A stretch of DNA of 64,000 bases. Origin: Octopus sinensis (lineage: Eukaryota). The position numbers were made by a program, and so were the translations under genes. How positions within the stretch are numbered: the first letter of the stretch is position 1; each line of letters starts with the position of its first letter. Positions 54,192-64,000 of the stretch are shown here, piece after piece. The DNA lies in NCBI RefSeq assembly GCF_006345805.1, contig NC_043000.1:78740001-78804000 (forward strand). The letters are read 5' to 3'. Below the pieces are notes generated by a model. The model saw only the letters and a program-made list of their open reading frames with translations, searched no databases and had not been told where the DNA came from.

Positions 54192-54694
54192 GGCACTGCC
54201 AACGACTTATGACGGACGAATTGTAAATAGGACCTTCGCTACGAGCTAGCTAGTTAGCTGGTCGACAGTGAAGTTGACTTCCGGTTAGGCGGGACTTCTC
54301 CGAAGCACGAGTTCACCGACGGCTCTCACCCTCATGTGTTTCATTAAATGTAACTAAATAAATCTTTTACCCACACACTCTGGTTCCCCGTTGCTTTATT
54401 TTATATAAAGCCTAACTAAAGCTATAAACGTAAGGTCCAAGTATTGATATGTATGAAGAAAGTGAGCTTGAAGCAGTTTGTAGAAAATATAAAAAACAAC
54501 TTTCAGGAACACTCACACACACATATATATATGCCTCGTGTATATTGTCCCCTATATCAGGTAACTTTTTCACAAGGAAAATATTACTCTTTAAGCTTTG
54601 CATTGCCATTCACTGATTACCTATATTGTGACTTGTTCCTGAAGATAAGGACACATGGAAAATTCGTCAAATTTAGTCCGATGACGCTATATAT

Positions 54695-54742
<48 letters not shown>

Positions 54743-56516
54743 ACACGCACAAACACACACGCATGCAAATACACTTATGCACATACGTTATCTTAATAAC
54801 ATAAAAGGAAAAATAGCTCACTTCATTAGGGAGAATGGAAACTAAAATGACTTAGGCATTAGATTACTGTCGAAGAACTAAACGGTGGAAGAGTCTAGGA
54901 AAAACAGAGAGTAGATAACTGATATCCTTACCAAATGGCATTAAAATGTGTGGCTGAATGACATGCTAAATTGTGTGTGGGACATGAAGGCATGAATGCG
55001 CACGATCGCCAACTTTTGTAGGCATGGCAAATGAAAAGAGAGACGAAGACACAAGACAATATACAAAATGGTCTTCATCTTGCTCAAGGTTTACAACAGG
55101 CCAATAATGTAAAGTTTAACACCCTAACTGCATCTTCAGATATTTACAATACATAGTTATTGTAAACAGTATATAGTGATTATGTAGAGATATCAGAAAC
55201 AACCTATGTCGAATATATAGAAGTATATCAATATTATATTAATGATAAGATATACAAAAGACCATCACTAATGTAAAGGAAGACAAAGAAGTAAATGATG
55301 AACAATTTCGGAGATACTGTTCTCCCACATGGACATCTAATGGATATTGAAGAAATGTTAGGTATATTGAATACATGTTAGGTACTGAGGAAATGTTAGA
55401 AAATGTTAGTTATGATCCTATGCTCTATATACAGTTGTTTGGATAGATAGTAAAAGAAAAAATTTTAGTTAATAATCTCAGTACATGAGAAAACTAATGA
55501 TTGAACCCTGGTTCAGTGTGTTCATAGAAAAAAAAATGTAATTATTGAGAAAGGAAGGAATTCTAAACTAGCAGCATATATATTGGAATAATTTCTGAAT
55601 CTGTTTCTGTGCAGTCACGCAGTCTAAACAAAAAAAGAAAAGATTACCTACAAACTGACAGGGGATAGTGTAGAGCTTGAAACCTGAGAATATGGTACAA
55701 ATCATGATGGCAATATAAAAAATATATCCTAGAATTCTATTTCAGAAGATGGTTTTAGGCACAATTATTGTTGATATAAAAGTGTTCAGTTAAAATTCTG
55801 TTCAACAAAAACAACATTCCTTAAAAATGAAACTGTTGTCTTTGATTTACTTGTGAAAAGACATTTGTACCAAAACTAAATTATTCTCTTCGAGTTGGGC
55901 GTGAGTTTTTAATGTCCGCAGTGTTTGAAAAAATGTTCCCAGGAGTTGTATGAAAACTGGAAGAGAGTCATTTGTCTTTCACTGTATAAGTGTATTGTAT
56001 ACTTCAATAATTAATTTATAACCGCTTAACTGTCTGTGAACACATTAAGTAACACGTGAGTTTAACATCATTTAATATTGAATGCATTTGTAAAACATAA
56101 CAAGGGAAAAGATCCACCCATTTTTAAATAGATTACCTTGGGTGGTGGGTAGATATGTTATTTTTATATATTGAGTTGATGTGAATATTCAGCTAAATCA
56201 TTTGTTGTTTTTCTTTTCTTCATGCAATTGATCACGTTTATTAAGCATTATATAAAGAGTTTTTTCTGAGACGTTTGTCAAACTTGTCCTTGTTTCGGAA
56301 ACCAACTGTCACCAAACTCCCGCAGGCTGAAAGAAACTGGCCGTCATGCTGTACCAATTGTTACTAGTAATAATAGCTCTTTCATGTGTGAATAGCTACA
56401 AATGTAAGTAAATTATACTGCTCTACATTTTTCATTTCTGGTACTTTCTAGTTATTTATTTTGTTAAATTTATCAACGGTTGGGTTAATGCAATTTACTT
56501 AAAATCACCAACACGA

Positions 56517-56517
<1 letters not shown>
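54188..56517 (+). repeat. Unclassified composite repeat, copy C
   Basis: Colinear with copies A and B. Confidence 0.9.
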
Positions 56518-56595
<78 letters not shown>

Positions 56596-56636
56596 ATATA
56601 TATATATATATTATATATATATATTATATATATATA

Positions 56637-56685
<49 letters not shown>

Positions 56686-56686
<1 letters not shown>

Positions 56687-57062
56687 CGTGGAACTCCCTC
56701 GGTTACGACGTCGAGGGTTCCAGTTGATCCGAGTAACATAACACCCTCCTCGTGAAATTAACATGCAAGTGGGTGAGCACTTCACACAGACGTGTGGCCT
56801 CAACGTAGTTCTCGGGAGGATTCAGCGTGACACAGAGTGTGATAAAGCTGGCCCTTTGAAATACAGGTAAAACAGAAACAAGAAGGAAGAGTGTGAGAAA
56901 GTTGTGGTGAAAGAGTACAGCAGTGCGAAAGTTGTGGTGAAAGAGTACGGAACGTCGTGGAGCTTTAGCTGTTTTCGCTCAAAAAACACGCACAACGCCT
57001 GGAATCGAAACCGCGATTCTACGACCACGAGTCCGCTGTCGTATCCACAGGGCCATTGCACA
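56686..57062 (-). mobile_element. tRNA-derived SINE
   Basis: Minus-strand head GCAATGGCCC.GTGG...GCGGTTTCGATTCCAGG followed by GTTTTTTGAGCGAAAACA. Confidence 0.75.
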
Positions 57063-57578
57063 TCTACGCACTCAAACACACACACACATATATATATATA
57101 CACATATATATATATATACAAAGGGGTTTGTATGTTTGTGTATAGAAGAATAGATTACTCAAAGGAATTCCGACTCTGTCTATGTTTTATTTATATTCTT
57201 TTAATATTAATATAGGATATAGAATATATAGTAAGAAAGAAATGAAATGAAGTATTGATTGTCTGATTGAGCAAATGAAATATTGAAAAGTAAATATTAA
57301 TAGAGAATGGTCATTTAATATTTAAAATATAGCACAGGCAAACCGGAGGTAGAGTAATATGCTTTAGTATTATTAAAGCTGCAAAAACAGCAGAAAAAAC
57401 CTGCTATTCAGAGTTTCACGTTCTCGCTCGTCTGACGGTTTAGACTGAGAATCTAATATTCTCAAATTCTCAAAGTAAACTATGCGACGATCGTGTGCAT
57501 GAAACATTTGAGTAGCAGATAGTTTCTGATATTTTTCTGACGTTTTGCCGTTTAATAATAATAATATTAATACTAATG

Positions 57579-57614
<36 letters not shown>

Positions 57615-57638
57615 TAATAATAATAATAATAATAATAA

Positions 57639-58501
57639 GGGGCTTATCATAGCAGCTCAAGATCAATGCCTACCAACAAGAAACTACCAGGCCAACATAT
57701 TAAAGATCAGAAGCAGTCCAACGTGTCGTGTATGCAAGCAACAAAATGAAACCATTGACCATGTGGTCTCCAAGTGCAGTCTTCTAGCGCCTACAGAGTA
57801 TCTCAACAGGCACGATAGAGCTGCACAATATATTCACTGGGTAATCTGTAAAAACCTGGATTTGCCCCATGAAAAAAACTGGTAGGAACACAAACCACCC
57901 CCAGTGCTTGAAAATGACCACATCTCACTCCTCTGGAACTTCACCATTCAAACTGACAGAAAGATAGATGCAAATAGGCCAGACATCATATTGAAAGACT
58001 TCAAACAAAGAACATGCCTCCTCATTGATATAACTGTCCCAATCGATATAAACGTATCTGTCAAGACCTACCAAAAACTGAGCAACTATAAAGATCTTGA
58101 AATAGAAATCAGCAAAATGTGGAAGCTGAAGACTAAAACAATACCTGTTGTCATAGGTGCCCTGGGAATGATAGCAAAAGGGGCAGATAGCTACCTAACT
58201 CAGATACCAGGAAACCCAAAAATGGCAGAAATTCAAAAGATAGTGCTCATGGGAGCTGCTCATATCCTACGCAAAATACTTTCTATGTAATCTCAAGGTT
58301 TAAAACAAACATAATTTTCGGTTTAAAAAAAAAAAAAAAATTTTTTTTTTTTAGACATTCATTAGTACAACACCCCCACCCCCCAAATATATGGCACACT
58401 AGGCATAACAACAACATGAACTTCCAACCCTGTTGTCTCTTGAGGTCTCTGGGTGAGACTTGGAGCCAACTTGTACAAATATAAAGCAAAAGTCAAACAT
58501 A

Positions 58502-58502
<1 letters not shown>
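57639..58502 (+). mobile_element. R4/Dong-like LINE 3' end (CCHC plus RLE) within (TAA)n
   Basis: GLIIAAQDQCLPTRNY...CRVC...ETIDHVVSKC...RHD...NRPDII...LLID...YKDLEIEI...IPVVIGALG; flanked by (AAT)n on both sides. Confidence 0.9.
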
Positions 58503-58539
<37 letters not shown>

Positions 58540-58541
58540 TT

Positions 58542-59160
58542 AGCCCAGTCCTGGCTAAGAAGGAATATATTCACAGACATGACAGAGTTGGAACCTACAT
58601 ACATTGGAAGCTATGCCAACATTATGGAATAACAACAGAAAAAAGATGGTATAGGCACACACCAGAAAAGGTCACAGAAAACGAGAAAGCAACCATACTC
58701 TGGGATATGCCGATACACACAGATAGAGAAATTAAGGGCAACAGACCAGATATAGTTGTCAAAGATCATGAAGGAAAAAAATGCTTTCTAATTGATGTAT
58801 CAATACCGGCTGATGACAACGTGTCTCTAAAAGAAATGGAGAAACTCTCAAAATACAAAGACCTGGAAATAGAGGTAACCAGAATGTGGAATCTAAAAAC
58901 AGAAACAATTTCTATCATAGTAGGTGCATTAGGCATGATAAAAAATATTCAGACAAATACATAACAAAAACACCAGGACTTACAAACACATATAACATAC
59001 AGAACATTGCATTACTAGGCACTGCACACATCCTACGCAGAACACTTTCCATACAATAACCATCAGAGCAATCACAACAAATCACAGCACATACCCAAGG
59101 CACACAGAGCTGCGCTCGGTAGTGAAGTGAAAGCACGCTATAAAAATAAAACTACTGAAT
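58542..59160 (+). mobile_element. Second, divergent R4/Dong-like LINE 3' end, tandem to the first
   Basis: EYIHRHDRVG...NRPDIVV...LIDVSIP...KYKDLEIEVTRMW...IIVGALG; starts right after the (AAT)n at 58503-58540 and ends in an AAT-rich tail. Confidence 0.88.
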
Positions 59161-59626
59161 AATAATATTAATAATAGTACTAATAATATATGTGTGTGTG
59201 TGTCCTTGTGTGTTACGCTTATCAGGATGGTGTGTATGTGTGTGTGTGTGTATGTGTGTACATACTGTGCGTATTTATACTGGGTATGCGTTTGTGTGTG
59301 CGTGTGTGTGTGTATGTAGGTGAGGTTCATGTATTTTTCGGGTGTGTGTGCATGTGTGTGTCTATGTACATGTGTTATTTTTCTGTGCGGTGTGTGCGTC
59401 TACGTGCTGGTGTATTTGTGTATGTGTGTACCTGTGAGTTTTTGTTGTGATTGTTGGAATTGTATTGCGTGTGTATATGTGTGTGCTTCTTCTTTGTGTG
59501 TCTGTGTGTTTTTACTGGGGAATGGGCATATTGTGATCATTCCTCTAAAGTCCTTATAAATAATTATCATTTCTAATGAACTTTTGACAAAGCAATACAC
59601 GCTTTATCCTATCAAATAAAATAAAT

Positions 59627-59874
59627 GCGCCCATTTAAAGCCTAGCAAGGCTCATGGACCCGGTTTCCCGTCTCTATGGCGTATGTGTTACCCAGCTGGA
59701 CGGGACGCCAGTCGATCACAGCGTTCTTCATTTTGCCAGCTCTGTTGACTGGACGCAACGTGAAATGAAGTGTTTTGCTCAAGAACACAACGCGTCGCCC
59801 GGTCCAGCAATCGAAACCACAATCTTACGATCATGATGCTGACACCCTAACCACTAAGCCACGCGTTTCCACCT
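59627..59874 (-). mobile_element. tRNA-derived SINE
   Basis: Minus-strand GTGGCTTAGTGGTTAGGGTG...GTGGTTTCGATTGC head, then TTGTGTTCTTGAGCAAAACACTT. Confidence 0.8.
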
Positions 59875-60037
59875 ACTATCAAATACTGTCTACAAAATCT
59901 TTCTGTATATATGCTACGATTTCTTTGAACTTATAAAAAGTTATGATTTCTTATGAAATATAAACAACTATCTTAAGGTGACTCGCTCGACGTGCGGGTA
60001 AGAGTGTGGTTGTTACTTTCTGTTGCTTCCTTTGTTT

Positions 60038-60491
60038 GGTTGTTACTGCCTGATATTTATGATTGATCTTTCAAAATATTGTTCTTTCTCAACTTACTCA
60101 AGATATTTTGTTGTTTAAACATGGGAGAGAGGTAGATAGAGAAAGATAGAGAGTAAGAGAAAGCTAGGGAGAGTCCGAGAGAAACCAAAACCAAACAAAC
60201 AAACTTTTCGCAAAGGTGACCCGCTCTACGCGCGGGTAAGAGTGTGATTCTTACTTTCTGTTGCTTCCTTTCTGTTTTTATCACCGCATTCTCCCTCAAT
60301 GTTTCTCTCTCCTTATTCTCTCACTTTCCCACTCTCTTACTCTTCCTTTCTCTCGGACTCTCCCTAGCTTTCTCTTACTCTCTATCTTTCTCTATCTATC
60401 TCTCTCCCATTTATAAACAACAAAAGATCTTGAGTAAGTTGAGAAAGAAAAATATTTTGAAAGATCAATCATAAATATCAGGCAGTAACAA
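60038..60491. repeat. Inverted repeat (about 145-bp arms, about 165-bp spacer) overlapping a direct repeat (about 59975-60030 and 60213-60270)
   Basis: GTTGTTACTGCCTGATATTTATGATTGATC pairs with GATCAATCATAAATATCAGGCAGTAACAAC. Confidence 0.9.
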
Positions 60492-61094
60492 CGGAACGGT
60501 CTGCTTCAAGGCAGACAGCAAAACACTAACATTTAAAAGGGACAGACCAACTTACGAGCTGAATAAAAAAAATATTGGAAACCAAAGTTTGAAGGGATAG
60601 AATCTGAGGTTAGTAGAGTCGCCATGGCTGGCATTTCTTAACGACGGACAGCAACGTAGTGGCGGTTTAACGGCTGGCGTAAAATTTTGAACTTGATGTA
60701 AAAGCATGTTCCTAAACACCAAGCTTTGAAGTAATTCTTTCTCACGACAGTAGACTCACTATGGCAAGCATTCAAAACTTCTTCATCATGGACGGCATCA
60801 CATTGACGATAGAAAGGATGACGCAAATTTTTTAGCTTGATGTAACAGAGAATTCTTAAACACCCGCTCCTGTAAATTTTAATCCCCTTCCAGCCCCATT
60901 TAGACCTCTTTCACATTTTGGTTAATATAACCCGATTTCATTCGGGTCTACCCGGGCCACATTTTATAAGATGAGGAATTTTGTCCCAGAGGTCACGCCT
61001 TTCATTTGAAAAAAAAATAGTTGTCATGCAAACTCGCCAGCATATTTAACATAGGTGTGCATATTTTCAGCACAACCGACCACATAATGCACAC

Positions 61095-61158
<64 letters not shown>

Positions 61159-61630
61159 CGCATTATATAGGGGTTTCTAACCTAGCCCACTCGAATCCTC
61201 ACCTCATTTCACATGTCCCTGTAAATTTTGGAGTCAATCCGACGGGATCTAGTGCCCTTTAACCCGTTCCAACAATGCCAAAACCAGACAAACAGACTTT
61301 TCACATTTCAGATTTATAGATATTGATTATGATTATGATTCTTATGAACTATTTTGCCTATTTTGAACACTTTTACCTAATCTGTTTGAAACAGAAAGCC
61401 TCTCTTGACATTTTCCCTATCTCGTCAGAATATATCATGTCATAATATTCTATTAATTTCTTATCATTGTCAAAGACTCATCACTGTTTAATACATCTAT
61501 GTTATACTCTATGTTAACTAAATTTTAAACACCAAGGTTACACAAAGCCTTTTCATAAATTTATAAATAAAAAGTGAAACCGGTCATAAACATCTAAACT
61601 CATTATCTTTCTCTTTATTTTCATTATATA

Positions 61631-61711
<81 letters not shown>

Positions 61712-61886
61712 ATGTGTGTATGTGTGTTTATATATATATGGTGTGTGTGTGTGTGTGTATGTATGTATAAATGCGTGTATATATATATATATATATATGT
61801 ATATATGTTTATATACCTGTACCTGCATGTTCAAGTACGTCCATGTATATACATATGTTGTATGTATGTATGTATTTATTCATGTG

Positions 61887-61940
<54 letters not shown>

Positions 61941-62052
61941 TGTATGTCTGTAAGTATGTGAGGAATTACTTTGGAATGTACATATTCATTTTCAGTAGTT
62001 AACTCTTCTGTGGTTAACTGAAATAATTATCAGTTGATGTTTTCCTTTACAG

Positions 62053-63869
62053 ACGAATGTACACATAATGGAAGGAAGTATGGAGGAAGATTCAAGATCG
62101 ACTGCAACACGTGTGTATGTGGTGAATATGGCAAAGCAGTCTGTACAAATTTGCGTTGTGATTACGGGCAGGATTCTACTTGTATCTATCAAGGTAGACG
62201 TTACAGAGTAGGAGATACATTCCAGCAATCCTGTAATACATGTGAATGCAAACACGGTGGTCAGGTACAATGTAGCAACAAAGACTGCACTAAACGATGT
62301 ACTTACAACGGAAAGTTATACCAAGAGGGTGAAGAATTCCAAGACAAATGTAATAGATGTAAATGTCTTTCTTCTGGCTATATTCAGTGTACTAATAACG
62401 TGTGTCAGTGCCAGTATAATGGTAAAGACTACAACGTTGGAGTGAGTTTCAATGATGGTTGTAAGACTTGCACCTGTCAAACTACAGGAACAGTGCAGTG
62501 TAACAGTGATAGATGTGGCTGTTATTACAAAAATTCACAATATCAAGAGGGTCAAACTTTCATTGACGCTTGCAACACTTGCCGTTGTATAAACGGACAA
62601 GTAGATTGTACAACAAGAGTCTGTCAATGTACTTACCAAGGACGGACCTATAATATTGGCCAAAGATTTGGTGAATGTGATGAATGTCAATGTTTGTTTA
62701 GTGGTACAGTCCAGTGTTCTAACAAGCGATGCAAATGCATTTATAACGGAAATACCTACCGAATTGGAGAAACATTTCCAAACGGCTGCAACTCATGCAC
62801 ATGTAAAATCGATGGTAGTGTAGACTGCACTACAAATCCATGTACCTGTACATACAAACACAGGGTTTATAGCATGGGACAGACTTTCGCTGATGACTGC
62901 AATAATTGTACATGTCAACATAACGGTCAAGTTGCGTGCACATATAGAATGTGCAAATGTAGTTATAACAACCAGATTTATAATATAGGTCAAACATTTA
63001 GAAAGGGCTGTAATACGTGCACATGCCAAGCCGATGGTACCGTAGACTGCACTACAAATCCATGTACCTGTACTTACAATCATAAAGTTTACAATATCGG
63101 ACAGGCATTCACTGATGACTGTAACACTTGTACATGTCAGCATAACGGACAAGTAAAGTGCACATATAAAACGTGTCGATGTACACGGAAAGGACGGTCT
63201 TATAAAATTGGTCAGACATTTCGCGAAGATTGTAACCAATGCCAATGTTTATCAACTGGATATGTTCAATGTACAACCAACGTTTGCAAATGTACTTACA
63301 ACAACCAGCTTTATAATGTAGGTCAAACATTTAGACAAGGTTGTAATACATGTACGTGTGAAGTGAACGGTAGAGTAAGCTGTACTAATAACCCTTGTAA
63401 TTGCTATTACAATGGAAACACCTACGGAATAGGGGATTCATTTGGAAAGGATTGTAATACGTGCACATGCAAAGCCGATGGTACTGTAGACTGTACTACA
63501 AATCTATGTACCTGCAATTACAACGGCAAGCATTACGACATTGGTTCTATATGGTATAATGATTGCAACAAATGTCAGTGCACTTCTGAGGGAAGGGTTG
63601 TTTGTGAACAGAAAACATGCACGAAACCCTGTATACACAAAGGAAAAACCTATTCTGCTGGCGAAACATTTAAAGATGACTGCAACACCTGTACATGCGG
63701 ACAGTTTGGTCAAGTATCCTGTACTAAAATGTACTGTCCCCCAACTACATGCCAATATTATGGGAAAACTATCCCAGATGGAAAAACATTTATGACTCAA
63801 GATAGATGCAATGTTTGTCGATGTTCAAATGGAAATGTCAAGTGTACCAAATACGATTGTTATAAAGAG
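62053..63869 (+). CDS. Internal coding exon with 16 tandem six-Cys modules (truncated VWC / pacifastin-like; kielin/chordin-like class), probably extracellular
   Basis: Stop-free frame of about 605 codons; acceptor TTTCCTTTACAG| (62052) and donor GAG|GTGAGT (63870), phase 1 to phase 0; module pattern C-x14-18-C-(N)-x-C-x-C-x2-3-G-x3-C-x4-C. Confidence 0.9.
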
Positions 63870-64000
63870 GTGAGTAAAGTTTTCTATTAGTTTTGATCTC
63901 CCTAATATAACGTGTCTCATCCTTATATAGTGAGTCATTGTAAACAGAGACAACAACAAAGAATTGAATAATGTTTAGCATAAACATTGCAATGCTCTCA

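Noticed and set aside
60890-61330. Possible minus-strand Helitron/DINE-like element
   Set aside because: A 5'-like end and a small hairpin are present, but no CTRR terminus or second copy in the window
62034-62052. ORF-track start Met at 62034 and stop at 63890
   Set aside because: Both lie outside strong splice sites; the ORF is better read as an internal exon

Overview
AT-rich, microsatellite-dense eukaryotic DNA. The SINE families and repeat style point to an octopus-like cephalopod (inference). Most of the window is decayed mobile DNA: L1/Tx1, CR1-like, RTE and R4/Dong LINEs, Penelope-like elements (PLEs; RT plus GIY-YIG), Tc1/mariner, Helitrons and tRNA-derived SINEs. The only convincing host coding sequence is one 1.8-kb exon (62053-63869) encoding 16 tandem six-cysteine half-VWC/pacifastin-like modules. 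The most striking signal is more than 20 type I hammerhead-ribozyme (HHR)-like motifs from several sequence families, found by manual base-pairing. Most have a palindromic stem III, as in dimer-cleaving PLE hammerheads. They occur (i) once per unit in three short tandem arrays (363, 307 and 258 bp) that resemble non-LTR retrozymes, (ii) in a TSD-flanked insertion that joins a tRNA-like head to an HHR, and (iii) in five inverted pairs that all share the same head-to-head polarity. All RNA structures and family calls were made by eye, with no database search or folding run. Activity is untested and boundaries are approximate unless stated.
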